A stretch of 64,000 nt of DNA, from assembly GCA_963843845.1 (NCBI GenBank), contig CAWJMB010000002.1, positions 1,952,001-2,016,000 of the forward strand, written 5' to 3'. Each line of letters begins with the position of its first letter. Position 1 is the first letter of the stretch. The notes under the pieces are model-generated. The model saw only the letters and a list, made by a program, of their open reading frames with translations. It was not told the origin of the DNA and made no database searches. Origin of the DNA: an uncultured Gemmatimonadaceae bacterium. GTDB lineage: Bacteria > Gemmatimonadota > Gemmatimonadetes > Gemmatimonadales > Gemmatimonadaceae. Made by a program: the position numbers and the translations under genes. Below are positions 56,212 to 64,000 of the stretch, piece by piece.

Positions 56212-57276
56212 ATGATTCATCCGCTGCTCTGGGCCGTCTTCACCGTCGGCGTGCTCGGCGTGCTCGCCCTCGACCTGGGCGTCTTCAACCGCGATGCGCA
56301 CGTCGTGAGGCCGCGCGAGGCGTTGACCTGGTGCGTGGTCTGGGTCGCGCTCGCGGCCGCATTCGGAATCGGCATCCACTTCACGCTCGGCCCCAAGTCC
56401 GCGCTCGAGTTCGCGACGGGATTCGTCGTGGAGGAAGCGCTCTCGGTCGACAACCTGTTCGTGTTCCTGCTGCTGTTCGGGTACTTCCGCGTCCCCGAAG
56501 AGCTGCAGCATCGCGTGCTGTTCTGGGGCATCATCGGCGCGCTCGTCATGCGCGGTGCATTCATCGCCCTCGGCGCGACGCTGCTGGAACACTTCCACTG
56601 GATCATCTACGTCTTCGGCGGCTTCCTCATCGTCACCGGCGCGCGCATGGTGCGCAGCGACGGCATCGACGTCGAGCCGGAACACAACCCGGCGCTCCGC
56701 CTCGTGCGGCGCCTGATGCCGGTCACGCCGCAGTTTCGCGGGAAACACTTCTTCGTTCGGGAGACGGACCCGACGCGCGGCCGCGAACGGTGGTTCGCAA
56801 CGCCGCTCTTCGTCGTGCTGGTGCTCGTCGAGACCACGGACCTCGTGTTCGCCGTCGATTCGATCCCGGCGATCTTCGGCGTGACTCGCGACCCGTTCAT
56901 CGTCTACACATCGAACGTGTTCGCGATTCTCGGGCTGCGTTCGCTGTTCGTTCTGCTCGCCGGGGCGCTCTCGCGCTTTCACCTGCTTCGTTTCGGCCTC
57001 GCGGCGGTGCTCGTGTTCGTCGGAGTGAAGATGCTGGTCTCCCCCAAGTGGGAGATTCCCATCACCGTCTCGCTCGGCGTCATCGTCGTGCTGTTGGGGG
57101 CGTCGGTCGTCGCGTCGCTGCGTCGCCCGCTCCCGATCGACGCTGCGACCGGTCTAACGCGATCCGAAACCGAACAGCAGCTCGTGGCGGCTCGGGCGCT
57201 CGGGGTCGAACACGAACTCGGCGCGGACGGCGGCGATCCCGACGCGGATGCCGACGTTCTGCGTGAGGGTGCCTAA
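56212..57276 (+). CDS. TerC/Alx family membrane protein
   Basis: EEALSVDNLFVF, QHRVLFWGIIGALVMRG, ETTDLVFAVDSIPAIF, TSNVFAILGLRSL. Confidence 0.93.
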   Translation: MIHPLLWAVFTVGVLGVLALDLGVFNRDAHVVRPREALTWCVVWVALAAAFGIGIHFTLGPKSALEFATGFVVEEALSVDNLFVFLLLFGYFRVPEELQHRVLFWGIIGALVMRGAFIALGATLLEHFHWIIYVFGGFLIVTGARMVRSDGIDVEPEHNPALRLVRRLMPVTPQFRGKHFFVRETDPTRGRERWFATPLFVVLVLVETTDLVFAVDSIPAIFGVTRDPFIVYTSNVFAILGLRSLFVLLAGALSRFHLLRFGLAAVLVFVGVKMLVSPKWEIPITVSLGVIVVLLGASVVASLRRPLPIDAATGLTRSETEQQLVAARALGVEHELGADGGDPDADADVLREGA

Positions 57277-58704
57277 CCGCTCGACACCCGCGCCGCCGAC
57301 GAGATGTCGGAGCGCGAACGTCGGGCTGCCGACGAATGGAACGCGGACCGCCTTCACGGGCACGGTATATCGGCTCTCCAGCCAGGCGAGTCGATCGCCG
57401 CCGACCCGGAGCAAGTCGATCGTCGGGATGGTCCCGTTGCCTCCGAGATACGCGAAGCGCTGCGAGGGTGCGCGATCGCCCACCGTCGCAACGCCATGCG
57501 CGAACGCATCGAAGCGCTGCTCCCCGAACGTCACGAATCCGATCCGTCCGTCGAGCGTGAACTGCACGAAGCGCTCGTCGAGCGGCGTGTGGACGGGTAC
57601 TTCAGCTCGTATTTCCGCGGCGCCGAGGAGCGGTCCGACAAAGCTGCGAATGCGAGCGCCGACCAGCGCGCTCGCTATGCTCCCGCCCCCGACGGCGGGG
57701 TTGGCGCGACGCATCCCTTCCACCCCGTCGTCGCGGCTCAGCAGACTCCACGGTACCGACGCCGCAGTCGAATCGCGCGCCGCGGACCACGACCGCTCGA
57801 GCAACGCGCCGACGTACGGGGCGAACGTTCGTCCCGCGGCCTCGAAGGTCCGGCCGACGGTGACGTCGGCGCGGTCGGCGCGGTAGTAATTTCGCGCGTC
57901 GCTTCCCGAGAACAGCGATGCCGCGCTGTTGACGAGATCGTTCCGGCTCCAGCCGTCATTCGTGAACGTTCCGCGCCGTGCGCTGGCCGTGACGAGATAG
58001 CGGGTCGTCGCGAGCTCCCCCACCAGTGACAGATCGACGTCGCCGAGTTGCGAGCGGTACGTGACGGTCGGATCGATGCGGAGTTCGTCGTCGAGCAGCG
58101 AGATGGTCGGACCGAACGGGAGCGACAGACCGTTCACGCGATCGTATGCCGGGATGCGTACGCCGTACACGCCCGGCAGGGAGAACGTCGGGATGTCGCC
58201 GCGGGTCCCCGTCGTCAGCGTGACCGCGAGGGCCCGGGCCGCGACGCGTCGCGTGCGAACGCCCACATCCGGGAACGCCAGTCGGTCGCCGTGCACGACC
58301 GCGAGCGACGAGTTGACGATGTGCCCGCCGATCGCGATCGCCCGCCCGTCGATCACGGCGCCGGGGCGGAGCACGAGGTCGCCGAGCGCCACGACGTCGC
58401 CGCGTACGTGACCCTCGAGCCGCACCGGGCCACCGACGACGATGAGCGCGGTCCCCACGTCGATCGCGCGGCCCAGCACGATTCCCGTGTCCGGCGCGAC
58501 GAGCGTCCGGTGGAGCCGCGACGCGACGTCACGCAGCACGCTCGCCGCGATCGTCGACTCGATGCTCTCGATCGTGAGCGTCGGATTCGGGCCGGCGGTC
58601 AGCGGCAGCGTGTCCGCGCGAACCTGCGCGCGAGCGCGCGATGTCGTCGCGAGTTGAGCGGCCGACAACGCCGCAACGGCGGCGATCGTTCGTGAGCGAA
58701 TCAT
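57154..58704 (-). CDS. Secreted/outer-membrane protein with bactofilin-like beta-helix and probable beta-barrel
   Basis: Signal peptide ending ARA-Q, GGPVRLEGHVRGDVVALGDLVLRPGAVIDG beta-helix, amphipathic strands, aromatic-rich end LLFGFGSR; ATGA-coupled to pabA/trpG. Confidence 0.6.
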   Translation of the reverse strand: MIRSRTIAAVAALSAAQLATTSRARAQVRADTLPLTAGPNPTLTIESIESTIAASVLRDVASRLHRTLVAPDTGIVLGRAIDVGTALIVVGGPVRLEGHVRGDVVALGDLVLRPGAVIDGRAIAIGGHIVNSSLAVVHGDRLAFPDVGVRTRRVAARALAVTLTTGTRGDIPTFSLPGVYGVRIPAYDRVNGLSLPFGPTISLLDDELRIDPTVTYRSQLGDVDLSLVGELATTRYLVTASARRGTFTNDGWSRNDLVNSAASLFSGSDARNYYRADRADVTVGRTFEAAGRTFAPYVGALLERSWSAARDSTAASVPWSLLSRDDGVEGMRRANPAVGGGSIASALVGARIRSFVGPLLGAAEIRAEVPVHTPLDERFVQFTLDGRIGFVTFGEQRFDAFAHGVATVGDRAPSQRFAYLGGNGTIPTIDLLRVGGDRLAWLESRYTVPVKAVRVPFVGSPTFALRHLVGGAGVERLGTLTQNVGIRVGIAAVRAEFVFDPERPSRHELLFGFGSR

Positions 58705-59276
58705 CGCGCCATCGTGAGGAAGTTCGCGAGCAGCTGCTGCCCGTGCTGCGTCATGATCGACTCCGGGTGGAATTGCACGCCCCACACCGGGTGCGTTCGG
58801 TGCCGAACGGCATGCACCTCGGACGGATCGTCGCACGCGCTGGCGATCACCTCGAGCTCGGCCGGGATCGATGACGGCTCGACGACGAGCGAGTGATAGC
58901 GCATGACGTCTAGCGGCGCCGGCATCCCCGCGAACAGTCCGGTCCCGTCGTGCGCGATCTGCGACGTCTTCCCGTGCATCACTCTCTTCGCCCGGACGAC
59001 GCGGCCGCCGTACGCTTCGCCGATCGCCTGGTGGCCGAGGCAGACACCGAGGATCGGGATCGTCGCGCCCCACCGTCTCACGACCGGCACCGTGATCCCG
59101 GCCTCGCTCGGCGTGCACGGACCCGGAGAGAGTACGATCGCGGACGGTCGCAGGTCGCCGACCGCCTCGACCGAGATCGCGTCGTTCCGCCGCACGTCGA
59201 GCACCGCGCCGAGTCCCCCCAGGAACTGAACGAGGTTGTAGGTGAACGAGTCGTAGTTGTCAATGACGAGGATCAT
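58701..59276 (-). CDS. pabA: Anthranilate/aminodeoxychorismate synthase component II (glutamine amidotransferase)
   Basis: IDNYDSFTYNL, SPGPC, GVCLGHQ, MHGK, RYHSL, GVQFHPES; could equally be trpG. Confidence 0.9.
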   Translation of the reverse strand: MILVIDNYDSFTYNLVQFLGGLGAVLDVRRNDAISVEAVGDLRPSAIVLSPGPCTPSEAGITVPVVRRWGATIPILGVCLGHQAIGEAYGGRVVRAKRVMHGKTSQIAHDGTGLFAGMPAPLDVMRYHSLVVEPSSIPAELEVIASACDDPSEVHAVRHRTHPVWGVQFHPESIMTQHGQQLLANFLTMAR

Positions 59277-60196
59277 GACCGGGGATGATACTGGCGATGT
59301 ACGCCGCGGAGGTACTCGCGGTCGACGTGCGTGTAGATCTGCGTGGTCGAGATGTCCGCGTGGCCTAGCATCTCCTGGACCGCGCGCAGGTCCGCCCCGC
59401 CTTCGAGCAGGTGCGTCGCGAACGAATGGCGGAGGGTGTGCGGCGTGACGCGCTTCGTGATGCCGGCTCGGTCGACGTGTTTTCGCAGGATCTTCCAGGC
59501 GCCCATCCGCGTGAGCGGCTCGCCGCGCGCGTTCAGGAAGAGCGTGCTCCGTCCACGCCCACGCTCGAGCGTAGGCCGTAGCTCGCGCAGATAGGTCGCG
59601 ACGGCGCCGATCGCCTTCCCGCCGATCGGTACGACGCGCTCCTTGCCACCCTTGCCGAACACACGCACGAGCGCCTCGTCGAACAACAGGTCGCGCGTGC
59701 TGACGCCGATCCACTCGGAGACACGCAGGCCGGCCCCGTAGGCGAGCTCCAGCATCGCGCGGTCGCGGAACACGAGCGGCTCGTCCAGCTGCGGGGCGGC
59801 GAGCAGGCGCTCGATCTCGTCGACGCTGAGAACGTCGGGGAGAGCCCGCCACCCGCGCGGAGTCTCCAGCCGCTCGCTCGGGTCGCGCGTGACGTGTCCC
59901 TCGCTCAGCAAGAACTTGTAGTACGTCCGCAGCGTGCTCACGCCGCGACGGATCGACGCCGGCGCGAGTCCGAGGTCCTTCATGTGATACATGAAAGATC
60001 GCAGCCCACGTGCGTCGACGCCCGACGGGTCGCGGGCGCCCAACGTCAGCGCGAAGCTCGCGAACCGCGCGACGTCGCGCGCGTAGGCGATGCGGGTGTT
60101 GGCGGACGCGCCGCTCTCGAGGTCCAGGTAGTCCTGAAAGCGCTCGAGGAGAAATGCGCGCGCGGCGTCGTCCGGCAGCTGCGGGATACCGGCCAC
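59273..60196 (-). CDS. xerD: Site-specific tyrosine recombinase XerD
   Basis: RDRAMLELAYGAGLRVSE, GKGGKER, HTLRHSFATH, LGHADISTTQIYTH, C-terminal YHPR. Confidence 0.88.
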   Translation of the reverse strand: MAGIPQLPDDAARAFLLERFQDYLDLESGASANTRIAYARDVARFASFALTLGARDPSGVDARGLRSFMYHMKDLGLAPASIRRGVSTLRTYYKFLLSEGHVTRDPSERLETPRGWRALPDVLSVDEIERLLAAPQLDEPLVFRDRAMLELAYGAGLRVSEWIGVSTRDLLFDEALVRVFGKGGKERVVPIGGKAIGAVATYLRELRPTLERGRGRSTLFLNARGEPLTRMGAWKILRKHVDRAGITKRVTPHTLRHSFATHLLEGGADLRAVQEMLGHADISTTQIYTHVDREYLRGVHRQYHPRS

Positions 60197-60200
60197 GCCG

Positions 60201-60806
60201 TCACGCCGCCGTGCGGCGTCGACGCAGCCACCAGATCGCGACGCCCGCGGTCGCGACGATGGCCGCGCCGCCACCGACCCACCGCTGGCCGCGCGCGATC
60301 GCCGCCTGCAGCGCCTCGAAGTTCGCCCCTGCCGTGAACGCGAGATACGTGATGCCGCCGTACCAGAGCGCCGACGCGACGCCCATGGCGAGCAAGGCGC
60401 GCACGGCGCCGACTCGGAGCGCGCCGGCGACCGGCGGAACGATCGCGCGCACGCCCGGCAGGAACCGGCTCAGCGCGATGGCCCACAAGCCGTACCTCGC
60501 ATACATCGACGCGAGCCGCTCGCGACCCTGCCCCGCGCCGTCGAGCCGCTTCAGCACGCGCTCCGCCCCGAACCGCGCGCCGACCCAGTACATCAGCATC
60601 GCGCCGAGCAGGTTGCCGCCGAGGGTCGCGAGATACGTGAGCACCGGCGAAGCCTGCCCGCGTGCCGCGATGAAGCTCCCGAACGCGACGACGGTGTCCG
60701 AGGGGAGCGGCGGGAAGATGTTCTCGATGCCGGCAGCGAACGCGAGCGCGGCGTAGAGCGCGAGCGGCGGGAGCCGGGCGAACCAGTCGAGCAGGTCGCG
60801 CAACAT
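60201..60806 (-). CDS. DedA family membrane protein
   Basis: ENIFPPLPSD, GAMLMYWVG, SRFLPGVR. Confidence 0.9.
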   Translation of the reverse strand: MLRDLLDWFARLPPLALYAALAFAAGIENIFPPLPSDTVVAFGSFIAARGQASPVLTYLATLGGNLLGAMLMYWVGARFGAERVLKRLDGAGQGRERLASMYARYGLWAIALSRFLPGVRAIVPPVAGALRVGAVRALLAMGVASALWYGGITYLAFTAGANFEALQAAIARGQRWVGGGAAIVATAGVAIWWLRRRRTAA

Positions 60807-60815
60807 CGCCGACCC

Positions 60816-61329
60816 CTACCGCGCGTCGCCGTGCCGTCCGTCCCGACCGTCGAGCGGCGCGAGCGTCGCGACGGCGATGCAGGCCAGACCCTCCCCGCGG
60901 CCGATCCAACCCATCCGTTCGTTCGTCTTTCCCTTGAGTCCCACCGCGTCGGCCGGGATGCCTAACGCCTCGGCCAGCGCGGCGCGCATCGCGTCACGAT
61001 GCGGCCCGATCTTCGGGGACTCGGCGACGACCGTCACGTCGACGTTCGCGACCTGCCACCCGCGCTCCGCGACGCGCGCGACGGCGCGACGCAGCATGTC
61101 GATCGAGTCGCGACCGGCGTTCGCCGGATCGGTGTCGGCGAACATCTCCCCGATGTCGCCTGCCGCGGCAGCGCCGAGCACCGCGTCCGTGACGGCGTGG
61201 GCGATCGCGTCGCCGTCAGAATGCCCCACCAGGCGCACCGGTCGACGGGACGTCGATCGCCGCCGAGCCGCATCGGCCCGCCCGGCCGAAGCGGTGCGAG
61301 TCGTACCCGACCCCGACGCGAACGCTCAC
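60816..61329 (-). CDS. ispF: 2-C-methyl-D-erythritol 2,4-cyclodiphosphate synthase, frameshifted near 61240-61290
   Basis: RVGVGYDSH, GHSDGDAIAHAVTDA, GDIG, NVDVT, KTNERMGWIGRGEG. Confidence 0.92.
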
Positions 61330-62396
61330 GGCCCCGCCACCCCGACGGCGTCACGCGGCGACCGACGTCGGCGCGCGATGACCGAGTAGTCCTGGCGGCG
61401 CCGCGCCGGCGTGAAGCCGGCGTCCGTGATGAGGTGTTCGATCTCCTCGGTCGTCGTGCGATACGTCGTGTTGGCCGCCGACACGACGTTCTCCTCGATC
61501 ATGAGCGAGCCGAAGTCGTTGCATCCGAAGCGGAGCGCCGTCTGCCCCACCTTGAGTCCCATCGTCACCCAGCTCGCCTGCAGGTTCGGCACGTTGTCGA
61601 GCACGATGCGCGCGATCGCGACCGTGCGCAGATACTCGATCGCGTCCGTCTTCGGCATGTGCTGGAACTGCCGGCGTGTTCTCCGGCTGCAGCGGCCACA
61701 GATGAACGCCGTGAACCCGCCCGTCCGCGCCTGCACGTCGCGCACGCGCTGCAGGTGCTCGATGCGCTCGGCCAGCGTCTCGCCGATGCCGTACATCATC
61801 GTCACCGACGTCTTCATGCCCTCGCCGTGCGCCAACTCCATGATCTCGAGCCAGCGATCGGCGCCGGCCTTCTTCGGTGCCGCGATGTCGCGCACGCGCT
61901 GCACGAGGATCTCGCCGCCGCCGCCCGGGATCGAATCGAGTCCCGCCGCCTTCAGCTCGCGAATGACGTCGACCGCCTCCATCCGAAAGCGGCGTGGCGA
62001 AGAAGTCGACTTCGCTCGGGCTGAAGCCGTGGATGTGGATCGGGTGATACCGCTTGATGTAGCGCAGCAGGTCGAGGTACCACTCGAACGGGATGTACGG
62101 GTTGTGCCCGCCCTGGATCAGGATCTGCACGCCGCCCAGCGCCTTCGTCTCGTCGATCTTCTGCGCCGATCTGCTCGAACGAGAGCGTGTAGCCCTCGGC
62201 GTGCTTCGGACGGCGCGCAGAATGCGCAGAACCCGCAATCCGCGACGCAGACGTTCGTGTAGTTGATGTTCCGGTCGACGATGTACGTGACGACGTCGTG
62301 CGGGTGGCGCTCGCGCCGGACGCGGTCCGCCTCGGCGCCGAGCTCGAGGAGCGGCGCGTTCGTGTAGAAGTCGAGCAGGTCGCGCATCGGCGTCAT
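61326..62396 (-). CDS. mqnC: Cyclic dehypoxanthinyl futalosine synthase (radical SAM), several frameshifts
   Basis: [58 protein letters not shown]. Confidence 0.9.
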
Positions 62397-62402
62397 TCGC
62401 CT

Positions 62403-63247
62403 TCACGCAGCAGGGAGGAATGCGAGCGTGCCGTTCGGCACCCGGCCGGCGCTCACGAGACGGCGGAAGAACTCCGTGAGGCCGGCGAGATGCGGGTACG
62501 ACAGCCCGTAGTCGAGCCCCGACAGATACTCGTCGCACGCGGCGAGCGAGACGCCGGTGGCCTCGTGCGCGACGCGGGCCAGCTCGGGCCGATGCGCCAG
62601 CCCCCAGTTGCGCGACTCGATGAGCGAGGCGTGCACGCCCAGCGCCTGCGCGACGGGCAGTGCGCGGCTGCGCGACCCAGACGGCGAACACGAACGGCAG
62701 CCCGGTCCAACGCTTCCACGCGAGGCCGAGGTCGTAGACGTACCGGTATCCGTCGTTCGCGGAGCGAGGCGAGGAGCAGCGCCGCATCACCGATGACGAG
62801 CCGCGCCGGACGGCCGACCCCGCGCTCGAACGACGAGAGATCCGCCACCTCTGCGTCGCCGGCGACGAACTCGGGACGGGCGCGCCACACGTGCTCGAAC
62901 AGCAGCTCGAGCAGCGCCACGCTCGTCATCGAGCTGCGCGACACGATCACGCGGCGCCCGCCTAACGATTCTGCGGGCCGGTCCGAGAACATCAGCACGC
63001 TGCGCACGGGCCCGTCGCACGAGATGGCGAGGTCGGGGAGCAGGAGGTAGCGGTGCGCGTCGCGCGCGTACTCGACGGCCGACACGACACTCACGTCGAG
63101 GGCGTCCTCGGCCATCAGTCGATTCAGCGCTGACGGAACCCCGTCGACGAGTTCTGCGTCGAGCGAGACGATGCCGCGGTCGATCGCTCCGTAGACCGGA
63201 TAGCAGTTGACGTACGGGATGCGCCCGACGCGCGTCCGCCGCGTCAT
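62403..63247 (-). CDS. mqnA: Chorismate dehydratase (futalosine pathway), frameshifted
   Basis: GRIPYVNCYP, GPVRSV, SMTSVAL, LVIGDAAL, DLGLAWKRWTGLPFVFAVW. Confidence 0.9.
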
Positions 63248-63248
63248 C

Positions 63249-64000
63249 TCACGCCGCCCGCGCCGCCGCCGCGTCGGCGGCCCCGGCCGCGGCGCCCGCC
63301 GGGTCGAACGTCCGCAACACGTTGTAGAACGAGTCACGCTCCGCGGCGATCTTGCCGGCGCCGTGAATGAGCTTCAGCAGCTCGTCGAGCGAGAGCCCCT
63401 GCGGGGTGTGCGCGCCGACGGCGTGGTAGATCTTCTCGCGCACGACCGTGCCTTCGAGGTCGTTCACGCCGAAGTGCAACGCGACCTGGCTCAGCGCCGT
63501 CGACACCATGATCCAGTGCGACTTGACGTGCGCGAAGTTGTCGAGGAACAGCCGGCCGATGGCGAGCATCTTGAGATCGTCGAACCCCGTCGTCGCGACG
63601 CCGCGCCGCCCGAGCCGCTCGCCGAGTGCGTTGTCGTCGGGGTGGTACGCGAGGGGGATGAAGGCGAGGAAGCCGCCCGTCTCGTCCTGGAGCTCGCGCA
63701 GCATCGTCAGGTGCTCCACGCGATCGTGGGTCGTCTCGACGTGCCCGTAGAGCATCGTGCAGTTGGAGCGGATGCCCAACGCGTGCGCCGCGCGGTGCAC
63801 GCCGATGTAGTCGGCCCCGCCCAGCTTCTGCTCGGCGATCTGGTCGCGCACGGCCGCGCTGAACGTCTCGGCTCCTCCGCCGGGCAGCGTGTCGAGCCCC
63901 GCGTCGCGCAGCGCGTGAGCACGTCCGTCCAACTGCAGCTTCTCCATCCGCGCGAGGTGCGCGATCTCGACCGCGGTCAGCGCCTTGATGTGCACGTGCG
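63249..64000 (-). CDS. mqnE: Aminofutalosine synthase (radical SAM), 5'-truncated at window edge
   Basis: HIKALTAVEI, PGGGAE, NCTMLYGHVET, FIPLAYHP, LDNFAHVKSHW, DLEGTVVREKIYH. Confidence 0.88.
   Translation of the reverse strand, partial: HVHIKALTAVEIAHLARMEKLQLDGRAHALRDAGLDTLPGGGAETFSAAVRDQIAEQKLGGADYIGVHRAAHALGIRSNCTMLYGHVETTHDRVEHLTMLRELQDETGGFLAFIPLAYHPDDNALGERLGRRGVATTGFDDLKMLAIGRLFLDNFAHVKSHWIMVSTALSQVALHFGVNDLEGTVVREKIYHAVGAHTPQGLSLDELLKLIHGAGKIAAERDSFYNVLRTFDPAGAAAGAADAAAARAA

Noticed and set aside
59273..60196. Tyrosine recombinase as a phage/ICE integrase
   Set aside because: Size, motifs, C-terminal YHPR and housekeeping context fit chromosomal XerD.

Overview
High-GC (~70% by eye) bacterial chromosome segment made almost entirely of core genes. 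The lpxC-fabZ fusion, mcsA-mcsB-clpC in a diderm context, bshC and the futalosine mqn genes suggest a Gemmatimonadota-like organism (inference). Every real gene from 1 to 38449 is on the + strand: GGDEF, zinc-ribbon, prfB, lysS, lolE/D, mcsAB-clpC, bamA-skp-lpxD-lpxC/fabZ-lpxA-gnnA-like-lpxB-DUF374-lpxK, gdh, rlmH, bshC, murJ, uvrC, thrC, DUF512, der, plsY, gpsA, merR, surE, pcm, apt, tRNA-Arg, TPR. Every real gene from 38676 to 64000 except terC is on the - strand: mqnE/A/C, ispF, dedA, xerD, pabA/trpG, an OM protein, kdsB-pyrG-kdsA-kdsC-kdsD-lptC-lptA-like-lptB-rpoN, a five-gene glycosylation cluster, dapF. The two arms converge on a 28-bp dif-like site at 38573-38600, so this is very probably the replication terminus. 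The main unexplained signal is the 9-mer CGTTAGGCR (reverse YGCCTAACG), seen 15 times, mostly inside core genes and often using the rare TTA codon. Other points of interest are an LptB with a ~167-aa N-terminal extension, a 572-aa LptA-like protein, a GnnA-like gene without gnnB and a bactofilin-like/beta-barrel protein. Many essential genes carry clustered 1-nt frameshifts that look like long-read consensus errors; only the prfB CTT-TGA-C shift is a canonical programmed one. No CRISPR, rRNA, IS or prophage was seen.
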